Source: Leidyana gryllorum EB-2025a (taxonomy: Eukaryota > Protista > Apicomplexa). From it: a stretch of 49,279 nt of DNA. Both the position numbers and the translations under genes were made by a program. The notes beneath the pieces are model-generated. The model had not been told where the DNA came from. It made no database searches and saw nothing but the letters and a program-made list of their open reading frames with translations. Positions 1 to 9,571 of this stretch are shown in pieces (within the stretch, counting starts at the first letter, position 1; each line of letters opens with the position of its first letter). The stretch spans positions 1 through 49,279 of the forward strand of contig JBLWGC010000005.1 in assembly GCA_048772705.1 (NCBI GenBank). Direction: 5' to 3'.

Positions 1-52
1 TCGATTCCCAGCCCGTCTGATAGTTGTTGACGCTACACGGCACCATTCGCCC

Positions 53-125
53 AGACGCTACTGGGACTCGAACCCAGAATCCCCGGTTCCGTAGACCGAT
101 GCCATATCCATTAGGCCATAGCGCC
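53..125 (-). tRNA. trnR: tRNA-Arg(ACG)
   Basis: GGCGCTA acceptor; TCGGT-CT ACG GA-ACCGG; TTCGA. Confidence 0.93.
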
Positions 126-241
126 GACTAACGGAGCCGTCAGATGGAAGTGTGTAGCGATCAAGAGAGGGCAGCTACGCCCGATCGTGGGTTTGGACAG
201 ACTTCACTTACATCTCCCATTCGAGACATCGGGGACATACT

Positions 242-309
242 ATCCAAGCCAGGATTCGGGCCTGGGTATGCACGGCCACAACTTGCTGTTGTATGCACTC
301 GACCCGGAC
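242..309 (-). pseudogene. tRNA-His relic
   Basis: diverged copy of 10303..10374. Confidence 0.7.
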
Positions 310-444
310 AATCTTCAAGTGAGGCTGGTATGTCGGCGTGACCAAGTGACTGGATCTCTGATACAAATTCGGACTTAGTAACCAATTCCATTTGTATTGA
401 TCGTGGAATCCTGTGCCTTCCTCGGGTACGGGGCGAGCTTCCTT

Positions 445-510
445 GCCGCCCCAACTCCGTCGGTAGAGCGCAAGACTTTTGAAGGGAGAACCGCGGGTTC
501 GGGCGGCGCG
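445..510 (+). pseudogene. tRNA-Lys relic
   Basis: 5' half matches Lys; 3' decayed. Confidence 0.65.
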
Positions 511-578
511 AGCAGTCCTGGTAAAGCTCGCTGAATCGTATGTGAAGCCACTGGCCGCAAAATGCCAAGTTCGACAGC

Positions 579-660
579 GGCAACTTGCCCGAGTGGTTGA
601 GGGGGTAGACTAGAAATCTACTGGGCCTGGCCCGCGCTGGTTCAAATCCAGCAGTTGTCG
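579..660 (+). tRNA. trnS: tRNA-Ser(AGA)
   Basis: GTAGA-CT AGA AA-TCTAC; long variable arm. Confidence 0.9.
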
Positions 661-779
661 TGTGCTGCGATCATCGGAGTAGGCGGCTGGGCTCAAAACA
701 CCAGCAGTACATGCTAAGGATTGCAGTGGCGACGCAGAGGCATCAAGTAAGTGAATCGGTGCCATCTGTCGTCGTCGGC

Positions 780-853
780 GGTCGCGTAGCTCAGTCGGTT
801 AGAGCGTGAGCCTAATAAGCTCAAGGTCCCCGGTTCGAGCCCGGTCGTGACCA
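780..853 (+). tRNA. trnI: tRNA-Ile(AAT)
   Basis: TGAGC-CT AAT AA-GCTCA; one T-stem mismatch. Confidence 0.87.
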
Positions 854-950
854 AGGGAGTGGATCTGTGATACAGAGTTGCCCTCGACCCGAAGAAGCCC
901 CAACATTCTACGACGAATACGGATGGAATCTGTTACTAAGTTCGACAGTT

Positions 951-1030
951 GCCAACTTGCCCGAGTGGGGAAGGGGAGAAGATTTGATCTCTACAGGCCC
1001 TGGGCCGGGCTGGTGCAGATCCAGGCGATG
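951..1030 (+). pseudogene. tRNA-Ser relic
   Basis: CAACTTGCCCGAGTGG start; rest decayed. Confidence 0.65.
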
Positions 1031-1095
1031 TGATCGGAGGGGTCAGACACCAACTCGTGAATCCCTAGAATGGTGGGAAAACCAACTGTGTCTTC

Positions 1096-1166
1096 TGCAT
1101 CTGCCGGGAATCGAACCCGGGTCGTCTCGATGGCAACGAGACATTCTACCACTAGACCACAGATGC
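1096..1166 (-). tRNA. trnG: tRNA-Gly(GCC)
   Basis: full cloverleaf, GCC. Confidence 0.93.
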
Positions 1167-1262
1167 ATGACTCGTTGTTGTTCAAGCTCGTGCACAATAA
1201 CGGCCGTTTTGCTTCAAACGAGAAGACAGAATCGAGTTGAGCGAGTATGACGGGTGTTTTGT

Positions 1263-1334
1263 GGGTACGTAGCTCAGTGGTAGAGCAGCTGACTGCAGAT
1301 CAGCAAGTCCGTGGTTCAATTCCGCGCGTGCCCT
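1263..1334 (+). tRNA. trnC: tRNA-Cys(GCA)
   Basis: GCTGA-CT GCA GA-TCAGC; U73. Confidence 0.93.
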
Positions 1335-1484
1335 AAAGATGACCTGAAGGTTGAAGATGTTGGAAATCCATCCCTGACCACATGCCAATGAGTTTGAAGT
1401 CGGTGGACAATTTTGGGTGTATGGCGGACGGTGGCGCGCAGAAATCGCCCGAGTGTCTCGGGGTGCTGCAACTCTTTCGCAATT

Positions 1485-1555
1485 GCACTTGTGGTCTAAG
1501 GGTAAGATGCGACCCTTCCAAGGTCGTAACCCGGGATCGAGTCCCGGCAGGTGCA
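1485..1555 (+). tRNA. trnG: tRNA-Gly(TCC), T54A variant
   Basis: first copy of 171-bp tandem duplication. Confidence 0.78.
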
Positions 1556-1655
1556 GCCGTATGTAGCTCGAACGACCTGTCGATCAGTGAAGAGAGGGGA
1601 CTACCCCCGCAGAAATTGCCCGAGTCTCTCGGGGTGCTGCAGATCTTTCGCAATT

Positions 1656-1726
1656 GCACTTGTGGTCTAAGGGTAAGATGCGACCCTTCCAAGGTCGAAA
1701 CCCGGGTTCGAGTCCCGGCAGGTGCA
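1656..1726 (+). tRNA. trnG: tRNA-Gly(TCC)
   Basis: CGACC-CT TCC AA-GGTCG. Confidence 0.91.
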
Positions 1727-1793
1727 GCCGTATGTAACTCGAACGACCTGTCTATCGGTGAAGAGAGGGGACGACTCAATACAATACAACCGT

Positions 1794-1873
1794 TGACAAG
1801 AGTGGGATTCGAACCCACGCCCTTTCGGACTCCGGCCTTAACACAGCGCCTTTGACCACTCGGCCATATTGCC
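1794..1873 (-). tRNA. trnL: tRNA-Leu(AAG), degenerating
   Basis: acceptor and anticodon stem mismatches. Confidence 0.7.
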
Positions 1874-2013
1874 GGAGCGCCCTTGGCTCGCCACTTTACA
1901 CGCTTTCTGTCTGTTGAAGTCTCGAGAAGGGAGGACTTTTGGGGTTGAAGGCCGGAGTATGGAATGGAACAGGAGCCTCAGACGAACTACATTGTAAGAA
2001 GTCCACTCCTCAA

Positions 2014-2094
2014 CTCCCGGTGGGACGGCATTTACCCGTCGAATATCTGATGCCACCACTACAATCAGATGGGTTGTAATGTAAGCACCCCGGG
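2014..2094 (-). pseudogene. tRNA-Tyr relic
   Basis: diverged Tyr with intron remnant. Confidence 0.6.
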
Positions 2095-2259
2095 CCGTGA
2101 GAGTACTTCGGGCCGGTACACCGCAGGTCGTGCAATCTTACCGGAACTCGAGTCTGGCACCTTCGACCACCCCGAAATCCGTGCCGTACTCCTGAGCTTG
2201 AGAGCGCCACTGTTGAGGGTCTGAGGTTGAGCCGTTCGAACCCCGGGGCAGTTGGACGG

Positions 2260-2339
2260 CCGGGGGTAGCTCAGTTGGTGGAGCATCTGACTGTAGTGCT
2301 GGCATCAGATAGTCTGCGCTCCGTTTCCGTCCCACCGGA
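2260..2339 (+). pseudogene. trnY: tRNA-Tyr(GTA) with intron, T-arm damaged
   Basis: T-loop TCCGTTT. Confidence 0.75.
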
Positions 2340-2436
2340 AGTAGAGGGGTGATCGGCAAACTACTACTCAACCTGATGGACAGCGTTGATAGGCCAACTA
2401 GACTACTCCGGCGAGGGTTCCATCTATGTAGCTTGG

Positions 2437-2506
2437 ATGGGCTGAGAATTGATCCCAGAACCTTTCGTATACTAAGCCACCGTTTCATCATCTGGGCTAG
2501 CCTCCC
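2437..2506 (-). pseudogene. tRNA-Ala relic
   Basis: diverged from Ala(AGC) 31034..31106. Confidence 0.55.
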
Positions 2507-2595
2507 TCTGTGCCCACCTCATGGGATTGAGTAATACTTCACATAGTGAGACGAGTCTCTCGACTGTACCCAGCGGGTTGAACCACCGGCTAGGC

Positions 2596-2667
2596 GGCTG
2601 TTTGGTCTAGTGGTATAATCTTTCCTTAGCGTGGAAGGAGTCCTGGGTTCGATTCCCAGAACAGCCC
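2596..2667 (+). tRNA. tRNA-Pro body with anticodon AGC (AGG>AGC)
   Basis: Pro body; loop TT AGC GT. Confidence 0.72.
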
Positions 2668-2809
2668 TCTTGGTCGTCGGTTGACCCGACTGGACAAGTT
2701 GCCCTCAGAACCAACACAGCCACCTCGTTAGCGCATTTGGGTAGGGCAGTCAGGGCATACTAGCATCTCAAGAATCGCATTTCGGCTACCTCTTCCATGT
2801 TGCAGACTA

Positions 2810-2881
2810 AGCAGTGTAGCTCAGTGGAAGAGTGTTGGGCTCATAACCCAAAGGTCCGTCGATCGAAACGACGCACTGCTA
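2810..2881 (+). tRNA. trnM: initiator tRNA-Met(CAT)
   Basis: A1:U72, GGG/CCC anticodon stem, T-loop ATCGAAA. Confidence 0.94.
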
Positions 2882-2930
2882 AGTGTGCGCAGCAGGGAAA
2901 CAGTTATAGAATAGATTCTCTCGTGAGCAA

Positions 2931-3002
2931 AGCCTTCTGCCGGAATCGAACCGGCGACCTTTCGCTTACTAAGCGAATGCTCTGCCCCTAAGCTAAGAAG
3001 GC
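2931..3002 (-). tRNA. trnT: tRNA-Thr(AGT)
   Basis: TTCGC-TT AGT AA-GCGAA. Confidence 0.92.
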
Positions 3003-3106
3003 ATTCTCTGTCTCGATCCATATGAGGGTTTGATGCTGGGAATAGCATCATTTCCACCACAGAATTCATGCGTGAGTTGGCGTGTGACCCCTCCAATCAC
3101 ATCGCA

Positions 3107-3189
3107 CGACAACTGCTGGATCTGCACCAGCGCGGCCCAGGCCCAGTTGAATCCCAATCTACCCCCCTTCCCCACTCGGGCAAGTTGGC
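3107..3189 (-). pseudogene. tRNA-Ser relic
   Basis: anticodon and T arms mutated. Confidence 0.7.
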
Positions 3190-3277
3190 AACTGTCCATT
3201 CCGCCATGCGGCGAGGAGTGGCCCCACATACGGCCGCGATAAGTGCTTATTTTCACCGCCTCCCGTGCCTACCTACC

Positions 3278-3350
3278 GCCTCGGTAGCTCAGTTGGGAAA
3301 GCGCCAGACTGAAGATCTGAAAGTCCCGTCTTCGATCCACGGCAGAGGCA
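3278..3350 (+). tRNA. trnF: tRNA-Phe(GAA), degenerating
   Basis: several stem mismatches vs 21451. Confidence 0.72.
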
Positions 3351-3616
3351 GAGAGGTTGTGACATTTGGTGTCATCCCTCGCCAGCCGTGCGACTCGAGC
3401 TTGCCAGCAGCGTTCCGCAGATTTTCAATGGGCAATCGTCCACTCCAAGCACGGCATGCAATAGCTCTTCGAAGTTGGAGACCGCTAGCTCAAAGGGTAG
3501 AGTGCACAGATCGCGTGGTGGCCCGCGGTCCCGAACTTGAGTTTGGATGGCGCAAGTCTGCATGGCTCCGAATGGCAGCCACTCTTCTCGATTCCACTGT
3601 TGAGCGAGACCACAAG

Positions 3617-3689
3617 AACGGTGGGCGGGACTCGAACCCACAACCTTTGCCTCCGGAGGGCAACACGCTATCCATTGCGCCACCACCGC
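3617..3689 (-). tRNA. trnR: tRNA-Arg(CCG)
   Basis: TTGCC-CT CCG GA-GGCAA; A20. Confidence 0.88.
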
Positions 3690-3885
3690 ACAACCCACAG
3701 CCTCACTGTCTCAAACGCCTGAGTCGTCAGTATCGCCCGGCCCCACTGGTTCGAATCTAGCAGCTGTCGAGTGACGTGGCAGGCGGAGTTCGAAAAACTC
3801 GTTATCTTATTTGAGACAGGGCATGAGTCAAGCTTGCTGAACCGTATGTGAAGCCACTGTCTGCGGGATGCCGAGTTCGACCGTT

Positions 3886-3967
3886 GGCAACTTGCCCGAG
3901 TGGTTAAGGGGGTAGATTCGAAATCTACTGGGCCTGGCCCGCGCTGGTTCAAATCCAGCAGTCGTCG
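3886..3967 (+). tRNA. trnS: tRNA-Ser(CGA)
   Basis: loop TT CGA AA; one acceptor mismatch. Confidence 0.83.
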
Positions 3968-4031
3968 TGCGATATGATCGGAGGGTCAAACACCAACTCA
4001 CGCATAAAACTCAACCATGTGTCATCTCCTC

Positions 4032-4102
4032 TGCATCTGCCGGGAATCGAACCCGGGTCGTCTCGATGGCAACGAGACATTCTACCACTAGACCACAGAT
4101 GC
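4032..4102 (-). tRNA. trnG: tRNA-Gly(GCC)
   Basis: intact. Confidence 0.93.
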
Positions 4103-4490
4103 GTGACACTTCCATTCCTGACCACAAAGTAATGAGTACTACTACAGCCCATTTCTGTGAGGTTACAGGTCCGTAGATGACAATCAGGCTCCCGGATCTT
4201 TTGCGGTTCATTTCTATCCCACCGCAAGCTTGGGTGTTATTTCCCCCACGTACCTCAGCTTACTCCCCCCGCCGACCGGCACCATGGCCTGATGGATATG
4301 GTATCCTTTTAGCGAAGTGGGGGTTCTGTGCTCGAGTTCCAGTGACGCCTGCTCCAGTCCGGCGGTCCGGTGGGCAGAAGGCGATGCTGGAGTAATCCAC
4401 TGGGATCGCATTGACCTACTCGAACTTGGAGCGTTCATGATATGTGTGTTCCCCGAGACACACGCCTCTCTCACAGTCCGGAAGCTCCGT

Positions 4491-4563
4491 GCAGCCATGG
4501 TCTAGTGGTTATGACGTCTGCTTAACACGCAGAAGGTCCCGAGTTCGATCCTCGTTGGCTGTA
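4491..4563 (+). tRNA. trnV: tRNA-Val(AAC)
   Basis: TCTGC-TT AAC AC-GCAGA. Confidence 0.86.
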
Positions 4564-4617
4564 CCTCGCAACTTTCAGCGAGCACCAAAAAGACAATCTC
4601 AAGCGAAAGCAACTGTG

Positions 4618-4689
4618 CTCCGAGACCGGGAATCGAACGCGGGTCTTCCGAGTGACAGGCGGAAGTACTAAGCACTATACTATCTCGGA
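4618..4689 (-). tRNA. trnD: tRNA-Asp(GTC), degenerating
   Basis: several substitutions. Confidence 0.68.
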
Positions 4690-4784
4690 CGCTCGAGCAT
4701 ACTCCGGCCTTCAACCCCAAAAGTCCTCCCTTCTCGAGACTTCACAGACAGAAAACGTGTAAAGTGGCGAGCCAAGAACGCTCC

Positions 4785-4864
4785 GGCAAGATGGCCGAGT
4801 GGTCTAAGGCGCTGTGTTCAGGCCGCAGTCCGAAAGGGCGTGGGTTCCAATCCCACTCTTGTCA
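4785..4864 (+). tRNA. trnL: tRNA-Leu(CAG), G57C variant
   Basis: CTGTG-TT CAG GC-CGCAG. Confidence 0.82.
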
Positions 4865-5039
4865 GCCGTTGTATTGTATTGGTAGATCGAATCGAGCACT
4901 TCCACAGACGAAAGAAGCACTTCAACTCGACATGCGGGGCAGCGGCTCTCATACAGCTAGCAAGCTTGCCTCGGTCGAAACGGAACGTCTTCCGAGTGAG
5001 AGGCTATGATGCGGATGGGCTACACGGCACCATTCGCCC

Positions 5040-5112
5040 AGACGCTACTGGGACTCGAACCCAAGATCCCCGGTTCCGTAGACCGATGCCATATCCATTA
5101 GCCCATAGCGCC
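5040..5112 (-). tRNA. trnR: tRNA-Arg(ACG) variant
   Basis: D-stem change. Confidence 0.8.
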
Positions 5113-5366
5113 GACTAACGGAGCCGTCAAATGGAAGTGTGTAGCGATCAAGAGAGGACATGGGCAGCTACGCCCGATCGTGGGTTTGGACAGACTTCAC
5201 CTACATCTCCCATTCGAGACATCGGGGACATACTATCCAAGCCAGGATTCGGGCCACAACTTGCTGTTGTAAGCACTAGACGAGCCGGACAATCTTCAAG
5301 TGAGGCTGGTGGGTACCAAAGCCACTTTAGATGTCAGGCTATCGGGTTTTGTGTCCTTGCTTTCCT

Positions 5367-5439
5367 GCCGCCCTAGCTCAGTCGGTAGAGCGCAAGACTC
5401 TTAATCTTGCAGTCGCGGGTTCGAGCCCCGCGGGCGGTG
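5367..5439 (+). tRNA. trnK: tRNA-Lys(CTT)
   Basis: CAAGA-CT CTT AA-TCTTG. Confidence 0.93.
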
Positions 5440-5499
5440 TGGATCTATATCCCTGGATGTAAGAATGGAACCGTTGCCTACAAGCACACTCTGCTGGAT

Positions 5500-5572
5500 T
5501 TCCGCTGCCGGGACTTGAACCCGGATCGTGCGGGTGAAAGCCGCATATTCTAGCCATTTAGACTACAGTGGA
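5500..5572 (-). tRNA. trnE: tRNA-Glu(TTC) variant
   Basis: TTC anticodon; few substitutions. Confidence 0.8.
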
Positions 5573-5790
5573 CGAGTCACAACAGTTGCACTGACGAATG
5601 AGGCGCCAGAGAACTGTGAGTCGGTCTCAGATGGGAAGTTCACCTAGGTTTGGCGGGTGGGCGGCTATCTCAAGTGGTAGAGCGGTGACTTGGCACGCGA
5701 GAGGTCAGTTTAGACACCTATCAATGCCGCAGGACAGGCTGAACATGGGGGCATTTGGTCACTCCTCGCGGCATGTCGAATTCGACAGGT

Positions 5791-5872
5791 GGCAACTTGC
5801 CCGAGTGGTTAAGGGGGTAGACTTGAAATCTACTGGGCCTGGCCCGCGCTGGTTCAAATCCAGCAGTTGTCG
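5791..5872 (+). tRNA. trnS: tRNA-Ser(TGA)
   Basis: intact. Confidence 0.92.
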
Positions 5873-5949
5873 TTCGATGTGATTGGAGGGGCAGACAACA
5901 AGCCTGAAACCCCAGAATGGTGCCTCAATCAACCATCTGCCATCTTCTC

Positions 5950-6019
5950 TGCATCTGCGGGAATCGAACCTGGGTCGTCTAGGCGGCAACGACACAGTCT
6001 ACCACTAAACCACAGATGC
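5950..6019 (-). pseudogene. tRNA-Gly(GCC) pseudogene
   Basis: anticodon stem broken, 1-nt deletion. Confidence 0.7.
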
Positions 6020-6169
6020 GTGACACCTCCATTCCTGAATACAGAACGAAGGGTCTTAACTACTCCAGGCCGTCCAACTTAGGCCGGTACAGGCCAGTAC
6101 ATATGAACCAGGCTCATCGGATACGCGTTTCCAGAGACACACGCCCCTTCGGCAGTCCGGAAGCTCCGT

Positions 6170-6239
6170 GCAGCCATCCAGCGGTCACGACGTCTGCTTG
6201 AAACGCAGAAGGTCCGGAGTTCAATCCTCGGTGGCTGTA
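6170..6239 (+). pseudogene. tRNA-Val pseudogene
   Basis: 5' deletion, anticodon mutated. Confidence 0.7.
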
Positions 6240-6380
6240 ACACGCATCGTTCAGGCAAGCATCACGGAATCTAGAGCGGAAGACGACGTCTGCTTAAAAC
6301 GCAGAAGGTCCGGAGTTCAATCCTCGGTGGCTGTAACATGCATCGTTCAGGCAAGCATCACGGAATCTAGAGCGGAAGAC
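6189..6380 (+). repeat. 96-bp tandem duplication (Val 3' half plus spacer)
   Basis: 6189..6284 repeated at 6285..6380. Confidence 0.85.
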
Positions 6381-6387
6381 GATCTAT

Positions 6388-6459
6388 CTCCGAGACCGGG
6401 AATCGAACCCGGGTCTTCCGCATGACAGGCGGAAATACTAACCACCATACTATCTCGGT
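6388..6459 (-). tRNA. trnD: tRNA-Asp(GTC) variant
   Basis: near-intact. Confidence 0.8.
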
Positions 6460-6554
6460 GGCCCACAAACACACCGGCCTTCAACCCCAAAAGTCCTCCC
6501 TCCTCGAGACTTCACGGACAGAAAACGTGTAAAGTGGCGAGCCAAGAACGCTCC

Positions 6555-6634
6555 GGCAAGATGGCCGAGTGGTCTAAGGCGCTGTGTTCAGGCCACAGCC
6601 CGAAAGGGCGTGGGTTCGAATCCCACTCTTGTCA
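6555..6634 (+). tRNA. trnL: tRNA-Leu(CAG)
   Basis: near-intact. Confidence 0.87.
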
Positions 6635-6677
6635 GCCATTGTATCGGCACTCGGTCAGCCGCTGCATGCAACAGCTC

Positions 6678-6750
6678 TCGCGTGTCGCTCGAATGGTTGA
6701 GCGCTCGCTGCGCATGGGAGAGGTACTGGGATCGATGCCCAGGTCGTCCA
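6678..6750 (+). pseudogene. tRNA-Ala pseudogene
   Basis: 3' half intact, 5' decayed. Confidence 0.65.
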
Positions 6751-6843
6751 AAGTACGTACGGCTGCTACCATCTTCGAAGAGTCGCGAACCACAAGTGCC
6801 ATTGGGAGAGCACCGCAGTCAATGTCTATGGTGCATCTGAAGC

Positions 6844-6916
6844 CGGTTCTGTTAGGTTCCGGACCTGCGAGTTTGTCATCAAAAGCCACACGCTCTGCCG
6901 ACTGAGCTACAAGACC
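6844..6916 (-). pseudogene. tRNA-Asn pseudogene
   Basis: 5' intact, anticodon/T arms decayed. Confidence 0.7.
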
Positions 6917-7050
6917 CCTTACAATGTTTCTGAGCTTAGTGGAGAGACCCTCCACTTTCTACTGCAACCCCTGTGTTGTAGGTTGACCCGACGGACCACG
7001 TCTTGTTAAAAGGGTACGGTTCTCATCCGAAACCTCAATTGGGGAACTTG

Positions 7051-7124
7051 TCCACTGTAGGCTGAGTGGCTAGGATAAGCGGCTCTCACCTCGCACGATC
7101 CGGGTTCAAGTCCCGGCAGTGGAT
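7051..7124 (+). pseudogene. tRNA-Glu(CTC), degenerate
   Basis: insertion in anticodon stem. Confidence 0.65.
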
Positions 7125-7222
7125 TCATTGGACTACTCGAGCAAAATGCCTTTCCGGACTGCGGCATGCACACAGTGCCTTCATATGTATTTAAATACCG
7201 GCAGCTGCAGCCGTACGAGGTT

Positions 7223-7295
7223 TGGACGACCCGGGTATCGATCCCAGTACCTCTCGCATGCGAAGCGAGCGGTATACCATTTGAGCTAGCCGCCC
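7223..7295 (-). tRNA. trnA: tRNA-Ala(CGC), D-stem damaged
   Basis: G3:U70; CGC. Confidence 0.68.
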
Positions 7296-7385
7296 CGTGT
7301 GCAGACCTCATAGCATTCAGTGGTTTTTGACATATTTGGACGAGTCCCTCGATTGTACCCAGCGGGTTGAACCAATCGGCCAGGC

Positions 7386-7457
7386 GGCTGTTTGGTCTAG
7401 TAGTATGATTCTTCCGTCGGGTGGAAGAAGTCCTGGGTTCGATTCCCAGAGCAGCCC
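7386..7457 (+). tRNA. trnP: tRNA-Pro(CGG) variant
   Basis: loop GT CGG GT; G18A. Confidence 0.72.
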
Positions 7458-7558
7458 GTCTGATAGTTGTTGACGCAACACGGCACTCGACCCATCCCGG
7501 ACAGCTAAGACAGGATCTGAGTTGTTGACTCAACAGGCTGCAACCCGGCCATCCGCCC

Positions 7559-7631
7559 AGACGCTACTGGGACTCGAACCCACAATCCCCGGTTCCGTAG
7601 ACCGATGCCATATCCATTAGGCCATAGCGCC
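7559..7631 (-). tRNA. trnR: tRNA-Arg(ACG)
   Basis: one T-stem mismatch. Confidence 0.85.
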
Positions 7632-7893
7632 GACTAACGGAGCCGTCAAATGGGAGTGTGTAGCGATCAAGACAGGACATGGGCAGCTACGCCCGATGGT
7701 GGGTGTGGACAGACTTCACCCACATCTCCCATTCGGGGACATACTATCCAAGCCAGGATTCGGGCCTGGGTATGCACGGCCACAACTTGCTGTTGTAAGC
7801 ACCTAGACGACCCGGACAATCTTCAAGTGAGGCTGGTGGGAACCAAAGCCACTTAAGATGTCGGGCTATCGGGTTTTGTGTCCTTGCATTCCT

Positions 7894-7966
7894 GCCGCCC
7901 TAGCTCAGTCGGTAGAGCGCAAGACTCTTAATCTTGCAGTCGCGGGTTCGAGCCCCGCGGGCGGTG
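7894..7966 (+). tRNA. trnK: tRNA-Lys(CTT)
   Basis: intact. Confidence 0.93.
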
Positions 7967-8026
7967 TGCATCTATTTCCCTGAGAGTAAGAATGGAACTG
8001 TTGCCTACAAGCACACTCAGCTGGAG

Positions 8027-8099
8027 TTTCAGTGCCGGGACTTGAACCCGGATCGTGCGGGTGAAAGCCGCATATCCTAGCCACTTAGACTACAGTGGA
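8027..8099 (-). tRNA. trnE: tRNA-Glu(TTC), acceptor mismatches
   Basis: 3' strand CACTGAA. Confidence 0.75.
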
Positions 8100-8317
8100 C
8101 GAGTCACAACAGTTGCACTGACGAATGAGGCGCCAGAGAACTGTGAGTCGGTCTCAGATTGGAAGTCCACCTGGGTTTGGCGGGTGGGCGGCTATCTCAA
8201 GTGGTAGAGCGGTGACTTGGCAGGCAAGAGGTCAGTTTAGACACCTATCAATGCCGCAGGACAGGCTGAACATGGGGGCATTTGGTCACTCCTCGCGGCA
8301 TGTCGAATTCGACAGTT

Positions 8318-8399
8318 GGCAACTTGCCCGAGTGGTTAAGGGGGTAGACTTGAAATCTACTGGGCCTGGCCCGCGCTGGTTCAAATCCAGCAGTTGTCG
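8318..8399 (+). tRNA. trnS: tRNA-Ser(TGA)
   Basis: intact. Confidence 0.92.
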
Positions 8400-8481
8400 T
8401 GCGATCAGATTGGAGGGGCAGACAACAACTCACTCCTGAAACCCCAGAATTGTGCCTCAATCAACCATCTGCCATCTTCTC

Positions 8482-8552
8482 TGCATCTGCCGGGAATCGA
8501 ACCTGGGTCGTCTCGGTGGCAACGAAACATTCTACCACTAGACCACAGATGC
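8482..8552 (-). tRNA. trnG: tRNA-Gly(GCC) variant
   Basis: minor substitutions. Confidence 0.8.
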
Positions 8553-8647
8553 ATGACTCGTTGTTGTTCAAGCTCGTGCACAATAACGGCCGTTTTGCTT
8601 CAAATGAGAAGACAGAATCGAGTTGAGCGAGTATGACGGGCAGTTCT

Positions 8648-8719
8648 GGGTACGTAGCTCAGTGGTAGAGCAGCTGACTGCAGATCAGCAAGTCCGTGGT
8701 TCAACTCCGCGCGTGCCCT
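8648..8719 (+). tRNA. trnC: tRNA-Cys(GCA)
   Basis: intact. Confidence 0.93.
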
Positions 8720-8800
8720 GAAGATGGTTTGGAACGATCGGAGATGTTGGATCTCCATTCCTGACCACAAGGCAATTAGTTTGGAACGGGAGATGGTTTC

Positions 8801-8872
8801 GGGCCTATGGCGCAACGGTAGCGCGTCTGACTCCAGATCAGAAGGTTGGGTGTTCGAATCACTCTGGGCTCA
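8801..8872 (+). tRNA. trnW: tRNA-Trp(CCA)
   Basis: TCTGA-CT CCA GA-TCAGA. Confidence 0.93.
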
Positions 8873-9052
8873 ATCAGACTTTATGTTCTTCTCGTATGGG
8901 GCGCAACCAAGAATGGGATTCGGACGCACGCCCAGTCGGCGCTGCGCCGTCACATACGTCCCTGCGAGTGCTACAGCTGTCCGCCCGTGTCTAATTGGCA
9001 CTGGAGTTCAACGGCGTAGAATTCTAGTGAGTCAGCCATGTGCTATGTCCTC

Positions 9053-9123
9053 TGCATCTGCCGGGAATCGAAAACGGGTCGTCTCGATGGCAACGAGACA
9101 TTCTACCAATAGACCACAGATGC
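9053..9123 (-). pseudogene. tRNA-Gly(GCC), T-stem broken
   Basis: CCGTTTTCGA. Confidence 0.7.
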
Positions 9124-9190
9124 AGATCACGATCTTGCTGCATCTTGTAGGTGGTGACAACCGTTGTTAGAGAGCCTATCGATGCATCAA

Positions 9191-9262
9191 AGCCTTCTGT
9201 CGGAATCGAGCCGCCGACTTCTCGCTCACGAAGCAAACGCTCTGCCCCTCACTTAAGACGGC
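9191..9262 (-). pseudogene. tRNA-Thr(CGT) pseudogene
   Basis: multiple substitutions. Confidence 0.68.
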
Positions 9263-9498
9263 AATCCAAGCAGGAAATTACGCATCTATTCTCATTGAGG
9301 GAGCTTACTGAAGGACTGTGATCGGATAGTCCGAGGACTTCCACTGCCGGGACTTGAACCCGGACCGTGCGAGGAGAGCCGCATATCCTAGCCGGTCGCA
9401 GCCATACCCTCAGGTGATCGAGACAGCGCCTGCCTTATTAGCTGAGGGGCCGAACGCTCGACGGGCGCGAATAGTGACACCAGATGTCACAATCTCTC

Positions 9499-9571
9499 TG
9501 CCTCGGCCGTGGATCGAACACGGGACTTCCAGATCTTCAGTCTGGCGCTCTCCCAACTGAGCTACCGAGGC
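9499..9571 (-). tRNA. trnF: tRNA-Phe(GAA)
   Basis: CCAGA-CT GAA GA-TCTGG; G20. Confidence 0.93.

Noticed and set aside
5791-5872. Stop-suppressor or Sec tRNA (TGA or TAG in anticodon loops)
   Set aside because: Anticodon TGA reads UCA (Ser) and TAG reads CUA (Leu); no TCA, CTA or TTA anticodon was seen in an intact gene.
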